From contig OZ037767.1 in assembly GCA_964035545.1 (NCBI GenBank), positions 11,666,581-11,730,580 of the forward strand: a stretch of DNA of 64,000 bases, given 5' to 3'. Under the pieces are notes generated by a model, which did not search any database, was not told where the DNA came from, and saw nothing but the letters and a program-made list of their open reading frames with translations. Positions within the stretch are counted from its first letter, which is position 1. Every line of letters starts with the position of its first letter. The stretch is from Bugula neritina (taxonomy: Eukaryota > Animalia > Bryozoa). Shown one piece after another: positions 38,582-52,039 of the stretch. Both the position numbers and the translations under genes were made by a program.

Positions 38582-41500
38582 CACAGTTAGTTTAAGGTCA
38601 TACTTTTCATTTTCTGGCTCTTTGCCAGGTGCTTTATGTTCTATATGAACAATGTTCCACTGATAGCTCGAACAGGTTGAATGTCACAGGAACAAAAAAA
38701 TATGAAAAGATAAAGAAACTTATGTTCTCCAATATACTTTTTTATTTTTTTCAAAAGCCAATTCATGTTTAAGTTATAGCTTGTTGAAAAACATAGTCCC
38801 CCTTCCACATTCTTTTTAATTTATACGCTCCTGACTTGTTATTGCGTCTCAATATGCCTTGTATTTGAGTGCTTGTTAGTCTCGCTTCACTAACTTTGCC
38901 TATACTTCACAAGTGCCAGTGCTGCTGGCTCAAAAGCTAAATGTTATAAACTGTCAGCTAAAACCCAATCTTGTATTCCTAGGTTGGTTGGCCTAAATAA
39001 AACAATAGTCAAATCATGATTTCATGTTTTAAAAATTTACTCTATTCTAACCTGCTGCCTAGCTATAGTTCTATTTTTGATTTATAATTACAGCATTTGT
39101 GATACATTTTTTTGGCAACCATGTGATTTATAAAATGCAGTAATGGTACTTACAATATTATATTATTACCATTATAATATATTATATAGTATTATGTGTG
39201 TTTTTATTATACTGCATAATATCTATTTTATTATTGTTGTTGTGCAAACAAGTGCAATTAACCTAGTTTTCAAAATGTACCTCTAAATTATCAGAATATC
39301 AGTTCAGATATTTTCATGCTTTGTTAGGTAAACCTAAAAAAAGAGGCTGTATTCCCAAAGTAAAGGGTGTTGAACTATGAACTATATTAGATTAGCCACT
39401 CTGCTACCAAGTGCATCAGTAAAATATTATATGAATAGCTCTGATGCTTTGTCTCCAGTGGCTGGCTGCGATATGATAACTTGGCCAACTTCCAAGAGTT
39501 TAAAATTGGCGCAATTATTCAAGAGGTTACATACTGCACAGAGCTAGCAGTGATAGTAACCTTGCTATTGGCAGTACTTATTACAACTGCCAGCATATAA
39601 GCCGCATTGTAGAATGCAGTTGGGGTAGGCTAGTAAAACCAAATTCTGCTCTCTAATATACCTTAGACACAATGCAGCAACATAATTGTTCGTTTCAAAT
39701 TACATTGCCACCCTTACACGAGCTGTGGGCTTCATAAAGATTCATATGATTAGAGATTTATGCTATAGGCTAGCTATGATGAAAATAACACACCATTGTC
39801 AAAGTTAACTTCAAGTATGTTGTTTTCCAGAAACTCAGTAATGTCCATTTATCTCTCGCATACAAATACTTATGCAATAGCATACAGTTTAAGTTTTATT
39901 TTAGAGCACACCTGCAAACTCTACAATAAGAGCTTGCTTTAACAGTCTATTTCAGACCTGTTTTTGTAGCTAGTAATACGCAAGCTACTTATTTTTAAAC
40001 TTTTGGGTTATTTGTTCAAAACAATTAGCTTTGCTAGTAACCCGAGACTATCGCAACAGTTGACTGCTATCAACATGAATTGACAGCCTAATAATAGACG
40101 ATGTAAATTTGGTACATTTAGTACCTTGTACCAACTCTAGAATACTCACCACTATAACTTATATAAACTTCTGCAAGTTCAAATGCAAAATGCATACTTT
40201 TAGAAAATAGCTGTGCAACTTTTATTACATGCATTATTTTATTTCATATCTTAAACTTATGAACCATGAGTTCATTTTCAAAATGTTTAAATTAAGTGCT
40301 CAAAAAATGCAATTAAAATTTTTATTCTTGCACAAATACCCTGGTGCAGTTTGACCACAACCCCAGCTGTTTTGACAAACACATTTAATGGTTTTTTTAT
40401 TGACATAGTGGTGAATGAGCTGGTTGTTTTTGGCAGTTGGGTAGACTTGAAGCTTGGCAGCTTTTAAACAATTCTGATTGGCAGAATTTTACACGATAAG
40501 TTGATGTTTGTATCTGATTGGCCTAATAATGCATTTGCATTTGAAAATGTAGAGTTTTATTTAAGCTATAATGGTGATATTTTAGAGTTGGCACACACCC
40601 CTTTTGGGTTGAGTTTTATAGTCTGTTCCTGCTGTAGTCATCTACAACAACAGTGTATAGGGAAATTATTAGTATTACGAAATCTGTTTTGGCTTACTTT
40701 GCTATGCCAGTATTCTGACTTAGTTTGTAATCAACTATGTTGGCAGTTAAAACTGAGGGTGATTTCATCAAAGGTGGACATTGCTGAGGCCTTAGAACAT
40801 CAAATCAACCAGTGCTGTTACTTGGTTGTATTGTAAAGCAGTAGTGAGAGCATAGCACACTATCACAGTCACTGAGCTGCAATGACAGTGGCTACACCAA
40901 ACTCGTCAGTTCTATTATATTATCTTATGTAAGGCACGTCAAAACAATATAGACCCACATGCAAGGCACTACATGCTAATACTCATTTTTATACAAAATT
41001 TCTACATTATCTATTGCTAATAGCTGTGCATTTAAATCCAATGCAGATGAATATGTGACAGAGTAAAAAGCTACTGTTTTACAAATTTAAAATAAAATAA
41101 TAGTGCGGGTACACAAGCAAATAATTTATAGTTAGCGTAGGCTAATGCATTTGTAATGTGCATGTTAAACAACTTTTTTATAATTTATTACATTAGACTA
41201 TGAGAATGTATTTAGTAGTATGTATTGATTTAAAACTAAATCATGAAATGATTATCATTATTGCAACCTCTGTGCTTGGTAGACAGGATAGAGAGGGGTG
41301 GTGTGACTGCTGTAACTGTGCTACTGCTCTACATACTAACAGAGACTAGGCTAGTGTTTTGACGTGCCTTACATACTGTCATTGCAGCTCAGTGACTGTG
41401 ATAGTGTGCTATGCTCTCACTACTGCTTTACAATACAACCAAGTAACAGCACTGGTTGATTTGATGTTCTAAGGCCTCAGCAATGTCTACCTTTGATGAA

Positions 41501-43223
41501 ATCACCCTCAGTTTTAACTGCCAACATAGTTGATTATAACAAAACTAAGTCAGAATACTGGCATAGCAAAGTAAGCCAAAACAGATTTCGTAATACTAAT
41601 AATTTCCCTATACACTGTTGTTGTAGATGACTGCAGCAGGAACAGACTATAAAACTCAACCCAAAAGGGGTGTGTGCCAACTCTAAAATATCACCATTAT
41701 AGCTTAAATAAAACTCTACATTTTCAAATGCAAATGCATTATTAGGCCAATCAGATACAAACATCAACTTATCGTGTAAAATTCTGCCAATCAGAATTGT
41801 TTAAAAGCTGCCAAGCTTCAAGTCTACCCAACTGCCAAAAACAACCAGCTCATTCACCACTATGTCAATAAAAAAACCATTAAATGTGTTTGCCAAAACA
41901 GCTGGGGTTGTGGTCAAACTGCACCAGGGTATTTGTGCAAGAATAAAAATTTTAATTGCATTTTTTGAGCACTTAATTTAAACATTTTGAAAAATGAACT
42001 CATGGTTCATAAATTTAAGATATGAAATAAAATAATGCATGTAATAAAAGTTGCACAGCTATTTTCTAAAAGTATGCATTTTGCATTTGAACTTGCAGAA
42101 GTTTATATAAGTTATAGTGGTGAGTATTCTAGAGTTGGTACAAGGTACTAAATGTACCAAATTTACATCGTCTATTATAACCCATTTGCGCGCGAAATAT
42201 TTATGTAATGATAGTTACTCATATAGTGCGCGTGTCATTAACGATAAAAGCGTGGTCCAGAGGTTAGATGCGTCAGTGACGAGTTGGGTGGTCATGGTTC
42301 AACCCTGTTTTGTTGCAATTTTTTTTGTCAACTTATGCAAATCCTACGCATGTATAATAAATATGGCTATAATTGTAAAGTTTTTTTTAAATTTTGTTCA
42401 ACAGTAAGACAACATACATGCATAATAATTAGATACTGAACACTGGACTAAACCTTAAATTGATCTTATAGAATACAATGTACTTAAAATAATTATATGT
42501 GAATTAGAGAAACTGAAAGTACACCTGCTGCGCTATAGACAGACATTTACTGACAAGACTGTAAAGTGAAGTGATTTAGCTGAAATTAACTTTGCCAAAC
42601 AAACAAAGAATTATGTTGTGCTGAGGCATTTTCAATATATTATTGTAACATAGTGAGATGATTCAACTGAGTGCTAAAGTAAAACAGGGAGCATTATATT
42701 GGCAGAAATCCAATAGATTGCTAATTTGTGCGAGAGGGTACTATATGTTATTGTGATAGCGCAGAGCGGCAAACTACTAGGAATGTTATAATTAGTCACA
42801 GGAGCGTAGCTAGAACCACCATATGAAGAATTTAGAAAATTGCAGTGAAACTTGCAAAATGGTGTATGTTTTTACCAAATTGTGAAGAGCATAAACAGAA
42901 TTTCAAAAAACAAAGAAAGTATATTAGAGAAAACATATCAAGGAATGTCAAGTTTAACATTTAAACTTTGTAAAATGAATCCCCTGTGCTACAGCAGTGG
43001 AACATGGAGGGTGTAAAATTTTACTTATTATGCAACAACTTTCTCAGAAAATTTTTTATTGAAAAATTAAAAAAGTATATGAAAGAGGAATGCAAGAGCT
43101 ATCTTTTCATGTAAAATTTATTAATGTGAGACAAAAACTGTTCGAGCTATCTCCTGGAAACTGTTTATATATAACATAAAGCAGTGCCTGAATCTGGAAA
43201 GTAATGACCTTAAACCAACTGTG
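38582..43223. mobile_element. 4.6-kb non-autonomous CACAG-ended DNA transposon (CMC/EnSpm-like)
   Basis: Terminal CACAGTTAGTTTAAGGTCAT versus reverse complement CACAGTTGGTTTAAGGTCAT, imperfect TIRs extending about 110 bp, 2-bp TSD TT. Confidence 0.7.
40092..42177. mobile_element. 2.1-kb foldback element with near-identical inverted arms of about 830-850 bp
   Basis: 40092-40946 is the reverse complement of 41355-42177 (a few substitutions and one indel of about 39 bp); spacer about 410 bp; TAA on both flanks (40089-40091, 42178-42180). Confidence 0.88.
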
Positions 43224-44907
43224 TTATGTTAAATGTGTTATATAATCAATGTAATCTTATAAACACTACTAACATCTTTTAATGTGATTTCATATTTATA
43301 CATACTATATAGTATATTGCAATGATGTATAATACTTAAAAAAGCAGCAAAAACCATGTTACCTTGTGTAAATTAGCATTATCTTTCAATACAGATATTT
43401 TGCAATTATGCGAATAATTCTAGCTTGTTTCCTATCTTTGTGTATAAACGTTTAGTTCGAGCAGAATTTTTCAAAAAGTTAAATATATGCAAGACTTGTG
43501 TTGTATAATAATATTCTACAATATTTCAAAGATACTTGTACAGGTTGCTTCTTAGCACTACGAATTTGTTATCTGCAGAGAGATTGTAATATTGATCTTG
43601 TGTAAATATATTTATACTGAAGCAACTTTCACTTATTTGATACATGATTAACAGTTCAATGTTTTGCAAGAGCATAGAATATTCCTAAACTAATATTCAA
43701 TGAGAACAATAACAGTATTAGCACTGCATGAATACCTGACATGTATTCACAGAGAATACATAAAATGTAATTACACTGATCATTGTTTAACCTTTTAGCT
43801 CTGCATGGTTTGTGTTGAAACTTTGAATGTTATAGAACTGGTTTTAACTACACGTAAAATTTTCTTTAGCAAAGTCCTAATTTTTCTGAAAGGAAATAGA
43901 ATACATCTACATTTAGCAGTTTTCATATTTCATTAATTTCAGCATTTTGAGAAGGGAATTAGCATAATAAGTGCTGTTTCTATTGGTTGGTGAACCAAAT
44001 TTACAGATAATGTTTTTTTTTGGAAATTATTGGGAATTTGACTGGTGAACAACTAAAGAAGTAAAATTGATATGCACAGAAACTAATTAGAAGGCGGTAT
44101 ATACTTAGAAGTTCTTTTTAATAGCATATCTGAGTTGTTAAGAAAAATAGGCAACAAGTAACATACTATAATAGATAATGCCAAAAACTGCATTTCTGGT
44201 CAATTCGATGGAAGAAAGTCTAATTAAAACTATTTCAGTTATAAGATATATTATAGTGATATATGTGCTTGCATAAAAATCTTTGGTAACTACCCTCTAT
44301 GTACATGTATAAATGGAGCTTTATTCAACTGCTAAAGTGTCAGATATGAAAATTGAAATGATCAGCAGTAATTTTCGATTACTTGAGATTTTATTTATTT
44401 TTAGGTGTATATTCAGAATATCTTGCATAGTTTCAATAACTCTGTTCTACTGCATACATCCAGGATGCTCAACATATATTCTTCCTCCCAAAGACATTCC
44501 AGTTCTTTACATTTTAGTTTACGGTATATTCACAATATCTTAGATCAGATTTGCAATAGAGTTTTTGAAAGCTGATGCAGGTGGCTATACATAGTTGCAA
44601 ACAAGTAGAAATGCCTGTTGGTCAACGAAACAGTAATGGTAGGGCCACACAACGTGTGTTATCCCACGCGGGCTTAACATTTTTAAAAGTCTGTCTCGTG
44701 AGCGACCTGCCACACACAATGCATATGTTACGAGTGTGGAAATTTATTAGTTAATGATCTTGGAGTTTAACTTTATTGCTCGCTTACAGACGGTTGTTTT
44801 TAAAACTGCATCATCATCAAAGTGACTTTAGATATTATTATAAAAGCGGAAATGCTAACTATATGAAACTGTTTTAATTCAGTTTGCTACAAACTCATGA
44901 TAATCAA

Positions 44908-45033
44908 CACGCACACGCACACGCACACGCACACGCACACGCACACGCACACGCACACGCACACGCACACGCACACGCACACGCACACACACACACACAC
45001 ACATATATATACATATACATATACATATACATT

Positions 45034-45098
<65 letters not shown>
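44908..45098. repeat. Compound microsatellite (CACGCA)n(CA)n(TA)n
   Basis: Seen directly. Confidence 0.95.
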
Positions 45099-45101
<3 letters not shown>

Positions 45102-45410
45102 CAAAATGTAAACTTTAGATTATTGGCTGTGGTACAATATTAATACTGATATTAAAACCTAGGAAATATATTGAGCCAACAAGTTGTCATTAACAACTTA
45201 TTTTTATAGGCCCTTTAAAGTCACTAAACAGAGGTGGACAAAGGTACAAATGATAAGTCTAAGGTAAATGTAAGTTTACAAGAAGACACAACTCCAAATA
45301 CTACACTTGAAAAAAAACTAATGCAGTAGCACATCGATTTCAACTCTCGTGACCACAAAAAGGCTGCAAAATCAAAACGAAAAGTTGAAATACGAAAACT
45401 GCTGAGTGAG

Positions 45411-47824
45411 ATGGACAGCTCTAGTGATGAGGACTCATTAGGTCACAAAGAAGAAAATTACCACCTGCAAGAAACTCGTGTTTATGGGAGTCAAATGATG
45501 TTTGAGAGGTTGCCAGCACCTACCCTGCCTGTATTTTATGGCAATGTACTCGAATATCATGATTGGAAGGTAGCGTTTGATGGATTGATTGATCATCTCC
45601 TTCTGCAACCAAGCCAGAAGTTCTACTACCTAAGCAGTTTCTTTTTAATGAAAACAGAGAAGACATACATGAAAGCACGAAATCTCCTAGACAAGAGACA
45701 TGGAGATACCTATTTACTCGGTAGAGAGGTTCAAACAAAGTTGAGAGCTTGCCAAAGATAGCTAAAAGGAACAACGAGGAGCTGCTAGACTTCTCTGACT
45801 TCTTAACCAAATGCCTGGCAATGGAAAATGAAACAAAATCCTTGAACTATCTTTACAGCGTTTTTGAAATTTTAGAGTTAACTCAGAAACTCCCAAAATG
45901 GGTCGAAAACAAATGGAATGACAGGGCCTATGAGTACAGAGAAGAAAATGGGGAATATCCTAACTTTGAGTGGTTCGTAAAATTTTTGCGCAAGGAGTCT
46001 GACAAGGCATGCGATTCTGTGTATTGATTAGCAGCAATGAGACAAACTACTGAATCTAATAAAACTAAAGATATTTATACCAAGGCAATACCAGAAAGAA
46101 AGTCTATGATGATAAACAACATTTTTGATGAGAAAACCTTACATTTAACCAGGAAGCGTGAAAAGTGTGTTATTTATTCAAAGAAACATCCTACAGTATT
46201 ACACCAAGAAGACCAGTGGAAGAAACCTGAAAATACTATATGTTATGAAGATGAATCTCCAACAAAAGAAGTGGTAGCTGCTCAAGAAATTCTACGGACC
46301 TTAGACCAAGATAGATAGATAATTAGTGCATAGATAATTAGTCTTCAACAGTTTGTGGACAAGTTGGTAACGTGTCACAAGATGACATGAATTTTATGAA
46401 CATTGAAAGAAAAAATGTAAAGCAAAATGTGTCTAGTTGCTTGCCTATGAAAGACGACATTGAGCCATCGGATACAAGTAAAGTAACAGTTAATGGAAAA
46501 AAGGTAGGGTTTCAAAAAATTGTAGATGCAGCCATTCAGGAGTTGTATGATTTTGCTGATGCAAATTGGTTTGGATGCATCTCAAAGAGATTTAGAGGAA
46601 ATTTACATCAAGGAAATGAAGAAAGGATAATTTCATTCCATCTTTTAAAGGCCAAAGCAAGTGCAGCACTATGGATGATTACCACTGTATCTCGCTTAGA
46701 GTTGAAAATAGCAACTCATTTCAGCAAACTAATTAGACAAGAACAAGTGTTTGCAGCGCACGAGGTTGTTTACAATAGTTTTAGGATAAAACTAGGACAT
46801 GTAGCAAGTGAAGCTTGGACATTTCAAGCATATGTCCCAAATGAAATCTAGCAAGTTAAGAATCACACCAACAAGTTTCAATTGACACATGTCTCAACTA
46901 GAGATAATCTAGCTCTGTTACAACTTGGGGAAGTAACAGGAACAATCAACCTTGTTTTATAAACCAGAATATCTCTACTCTCTAACAGAAGATTGGTCAT
47001 CTCCTACATGAATCTATGGCAGACTATGCCATGAAGTCAAGGTATAATGATGCTTTGCAGTCACAAGGACTAGCAATAGCAACGATTGTAGAATGGTTTA
47101 CAGGAATCGCAAGGTTTTGCTCAACACTTTATGCTTGTCAAGTCATACTTAGGAAAATACTTAGACGCTATAAACAAGATATAGCAGGTGACTAGAGATA
47201 AAACAGAACCAAACTAAGACAGTCGTCATAAGGACTAAATTTCACTTTGGATAAGCTTGATGTATAATTGTATTTAAATGCTATTTCTTAGTAATTTGTT
47301 AAGTATGTTGTTATGTCTTTATATGTTTGTTTTGCGTTTTTTTGTGGTTAAAGAAAACAATTTTACTAAAATTGTAAGCTGTTCATCAAATATTTAAGAA
47401 ATCGGAGCGATTTCTGGGGTGTGTGGTAGAATTAGTGCTAGTTTGCTAAGCTATCTTAGCTATATTAAGCACTTTTAAATAAAAGCTTTCTACAGCCTAG
47501 TCAGTGCTACATAACAAATATCTGGCACTTGATAATAGCAGGAGCTAGTGAACTAGTTAATATTTGTAGAGAGCAAAAATAATTAAGCCATTTATATTAA
47601 TTATATTGTTTCTTTTTGTGGATTACAACTGTTTGTAGTTTTCATATTGTTTATATATGTTTATGCTGAAATAATGTAAGTTTTGCATTGCAATTGTAGT
47701 CTTGACGATGTCAACCGATGTCAATCACTCTCAAATGATGTCAATCAGTGTAATGTTAGAGTAATAATACAATAAAAGACATCAGTGTGGATTTATTGCC
47801 CAAATCACAGCCTAGTTCACTACA
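45411..47824 (+). mobile_element. BEL/Pao LTR retrotransposon remnant with probable 3' LTR (47422-47824)
   Basis: Gag-like RLPAPTLPVFYGNVLEYHDWKVAF..KFYYL and KLPKWVENKW; Pao RNase H/peptidase-A17-like ELYDFADA..TVSRLEL; many stops; RT deleted; TGTGGTAG..AATAAA..CACTACA LTR. Confidence 0.8.
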
Positions 47825-48778
47825 ATAATCAACAAAAACAATGTAAAAGTTACCTACAGCTGTAGGTATGCCAAACATAAAACAGACCATAAATGCTCAC
47901 AATAACAGAATATTAGAGAAACAAAAGCAACAAAACAAAACTCCTAGAAAAAACTGCAACTGCAGAGGAAAAAAAGTTGTCCGCTAAAAGGAAACTGTCA
48001 GGAGGGCAAAGTAATATACCAAGCAACTGTAGAAACTACCTAAAATGAGCCTGCAACGTATATTGGCCTGAGTGAAGGACCGTTCAAACTAAGATACGCA
48101 AACTACAAAACATCAGTTAAAAACAAGGAGAAAGTAAATCAAACAACTTGGTAAATACATTTGGCAACTAACTAACACAAACATTAGACACAATATAAGT
48201 TGGAAAATATTAAGGAAAGCAAAACCATACAATACAATTACCAAAAGGTGTAATTTATGCCTATGCGAGAATGTTTTTTTATTTTATACAAACCTACCAT
48301 GTGTACTATAAACAAGCGAAACGAACTCTTATCAACCTGCCGACACTCAAAAAAATTCTTATTGTGCAACCATAAAACCTAGAGACTCTATATTTATATT
48401 TTATGTACTATAGTAAATAATATCCAAATATCTACAGAGTAAAGCCACCCAACAACAACTTCATCTGCTATAAATTGTGTTTCTGCATTATGTTTTTTAT
48501 ATATTTAATAATACTTACAAACCTATGTAACACCAAAGCTACTGTTATGTTTGCGATATGTTTTACATTGTGTTTAGCATGTTGAGTTTCTTAATATAAA
48601 TATTTGAATTCATTATTGTGCCTGAGGAGTGCTGAAGAAGCATGAAACTAATAGCGGCACAATAAAATAACATATTTTGATTAAATTGCTCTTTTTCTTA
48701 ATAATATAATCGCTCATTATTGTACATATAATAACTTGAGCACTCATTTAACTGCTGTTCAATAAACTCACACTACAG

Positions 48779-48780
<2 letters not shown>
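47825..48780 (+). mobile_element. Penelope-like element 3' remnant (GIY-YIG endonuclease pseudogene and 3' region)
   Basis: Manual translation across frameshifts: VKVTYSC/MPNIKQTINAHN..CNCR../[63 protein letters not shown]. Confidence 0.85.
48613..48665 (+). ncRNA. Degenerate minimal type I hammerhead ribozyme motif
   Basis: Stem I TTATTGTGC/GCACAATAA, CTGAGGA core, stem II GTGCT/AGCAT, GAAA, minimal stem III CTA-A-TAG. The cleavage-site UH reads CG. Confidence 0.7.
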
Positions 48781-48850
<70 letters not shown>

Positions 48851-49524
48851 ATATATACATGTATATAAGTGTGTGTGTATATATATATATAATATAATAT
48901 ATAATATAATAATATATTATATATATATAAAATATGATATATAATATAATAATATATAATATATTATTATAATATATATATATTATATATAATATAATAT
49001 ATAATGTAATAATATATTATATATATTATATATGATATTTATATATATATATACAATATATATAATGTAATATATGATATAATAATACATAATATATTAT
49101 TATAATATATATATATTATATATAATATTATTATATATATAATATGTATAATATTATATATAATATAATAATATATTATATATATAATATGATATATAAC
49201 ATAATAATATATAATATATTATTATAATATATATATATTATATATAATATAATATATAATATAATAATATATTATATATATTATATATGATATTTTTATA
49301 TATATAATGTAATATATGATATAATAATACATAATATATTATTATAATATATATATATGTATTATATATATTATATATATTATTATACATATATAATATA
49401 TATATAATATAATATAATAATATATAATATATAATAATATATTATTATAATATATATATATGTATATACATATATATATAAATATATATATATATACTTA
49501 GTTATTCATTTGGCATGTATAATA

Positions 49525-49567
<43 letters not shown>

Positions 49568-49630
49568 ATATATATATTATATATATATATTTATATATAT
49601 ATATATATATATAAGTATATATATATATTA
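48781..49630. repeat. (TA)n and AT-only low-complexity tract
   Basis: Seen directly. Confidence 0.95.
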
Positions 49631-50302
49631 TACATGCCAAATATTTACTACAAATTTCAAAAATAGCATAATTTAAGTAGTATTGTGGTAAATATTAAGA
49701 ATTATCCCCCTTGACACATTACTTATGGCTATTTTTCTAAATACTGTAGTTATAGCTAAGTCTGTCGCGTAACTTTCTAATACCTTAAATACTATGGCTA
49801 TTGTTAAGCCTTTAGCATAGTAAACAGTTAATCCCCTTTCCCCAATTATAAGTTACAATACGCATACACTTGGTTGGGTTCATTTTTGTTGATTCATGTA
49901 AACCGACAGTTGGACCGATTTTGGCAGGTGGATGCAGGCAGACCGAATGTCGGTTGCCGATATTTCCAGTGTCGGTTACCGACATGACGAATGTCGGTAT
50001 CCTCTGCCGAACATCGGCCCGCTGTCAGTGGAAGGTTCTAGAAGTCCTTTGTTCTACTAGTGTAAAAGGACACGCATTTTAGAGCTTCAGTCACTTGCGG
50101 ACTGGAGCTCATACTGGATACTTCTCTCTACCACAATAAAGTACTGCAAGCACACGGCAACCTCTCTCTCTTGTCTCTTCTATAACAAGGAGTTATGTTC
50201 TCTGCCTGATTTCATTCTATAACCCACAAAACTACTACATTGGTGGCAGCAGTGGGATCAGAATAGTCAGGCAGCCCTTGGAAGAGACAAGGAGCTAGCC
50301 AG

Positions 50303-51960
50303 ATGGCAAGGGCCCCCGAGGATGGGGGGAGGCTCTCACCCTGGAGAGCCTCGTAATTGCCCTCCGAGCAGTCGGCACGGCTAATCAGGCCCCACCTGGT
50401 GACAGGTACCACCTACAGACGCCGATTTTCGGAGGTGACTGCGACGTAGAGCAGTTTATCAGGGAATTCGAAGATGTTGCTACCATCGCCCAATGGCCGG
50501 CACCGGTACGTCTTCTGCAGCTGCGGTCATGTTTGACTGGACCAGCTAAAAGCTACGCCATTGGAGAGGATGTTGGGCAGATCTACCAGGCACTCCGGGC
50601 CCAATTCGGTCTGACTGCTAGAGATACCCACACCAAACTCCAAAACATGAGGAGGGACCGAAGGACCTCGCTTCAGGACCATGCTAACGCCATTGAAAGA
50701 CTGGCATTGATAGCATTCAGCCGAACCGCTCTAGAGGAGCGGCGAGAGCTCGTCTATGAGGCCTCCTTCAGCACTGTCAACGACAGTGCCCTCCAGAAGC
50801 ACTACCTGGCCGCCAAGATCACCACGATCGAAGAAGCTCTAGAGATGGGTCGGTCCTACTATCAGGTAGACAACCCCCACAGAGCCGACTTCACAGCAAG
50901 TCAAGTGGGAGAGGCGGCCAAGGAAGAAACTACAGTAGCTGCCGTTGCTGACCCTGCACCACCTTCCTCGCAGATCACCATGTTGATAAACATGGTGAAA
51001 GGCCTGCAGTCGGAAGTAGTGAGACTGCAACAGCAACAAGCCGGCAGCCAAAGGATCGATATTCGGACTAGACCAAATCGGCCGAACCAACTCACCTGCT
51101 GGGGGTGTGGCGCCATTGGTCACGTCCAGCGGCAATGCCCCCGCACGGGGAAACAGCCTTTAAACAACCAAGGCTCACGGCAGATTCCGCCAACCGTGAG
51201 CCCAGGTCCAGCCTCCCATCCAGAGGTACATCAGACGCATATGGAGGAACGACGGACGGAGCGGCCAACCTTGGACGGCCGAGTCCTTGGAGAAGGGGGC
51301 CCAGGGGCTCACCTAAACCTCCAGTCGTGCCAGGAAGTACCCAGAGGGAGCCAACTGACATGGTGTGGCAGGCACCCCGGAGACCTCGAAGACCGCAAGG
51401 TTTTCCCGAACCTCCCGCCTGGCCACTCCACAACAGGTTCGCGGGGTTAGCCCACGAGCTCATAGAAGAAGATTCAGCTTACTCGCAAGAGTTTTTCAAG
51501 CTACCTTCTAGACCTCTGAAAACCCCCATGGTCGTAAAGACCAGGAGACGACTCCACGTGGTCACCCAGGAGGTGTCACCCACCGAGGCCGACCAGCCTA
51601 AAAGTGTCCAGCCCTACGGCAGCAGCTACTTCCTACCCGGGAAGATTGCAGGAAAAGCTGCCACCTTCCTGCTGGACACCGGTTGTACTACCAACCTGCT
51701 GAGTCGGCGCCTCTTTGACACCCTTGGGGCCCACGTGAGGGCAAGTCTCGAGCCGTATGAGGGAGCGCATGGTATGTTGGCGGACGGATCATGCATTCCT
51801 TTTTACGGCATCCTCACACTACCTGGGCGGGTCCGTGATCAGGCGATTCACGAGACCTTTATTGTCAGCCATCTGAAGAAGGACGCAATTTTGGGCATGC
51901 CGTTTCTGGAGAAACACCAGTGTCGCATAGACTTCCAGAATTCTGCGTTGATGATGGCTC
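50303..51960 (+). pseudogene. gag: gag and protease of element C
   Basis: CWGCGAIGHVQRQC knuckle; T_TTA_AAC slippery site 51159-51165 plus stem GGCTCACGG/CCGTGAGCC; FLLDTGC..ILGMPFL. Confidence 0.88.
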
Positions 51961-52039
51961 AGACACCCGGAGCGCGAGCAGGTGGTCTGTTCCTTTGCCA
52001 TCCGTCAAGAGTTAATTTGGGACACACATAAGGATGCTC

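Noticed and set aside
40501-41767. Two identical-start ORFs (MMFVSDWPNN..) on opposite strands
   Set aside because: A by-product of the inverted repeat; TTG start and no protein features.
43380-44640. Possible decayed coding sequence
   Set aside because: Stops in the frames I tried and no recognisable motif; unresolved without a translated search.
44884-45118. His-Ala / His-Thr / Tyr-Ile repeat ORFs (also 37123-37329, 60181-60412)
   Set aside because: Microsatellite translations.
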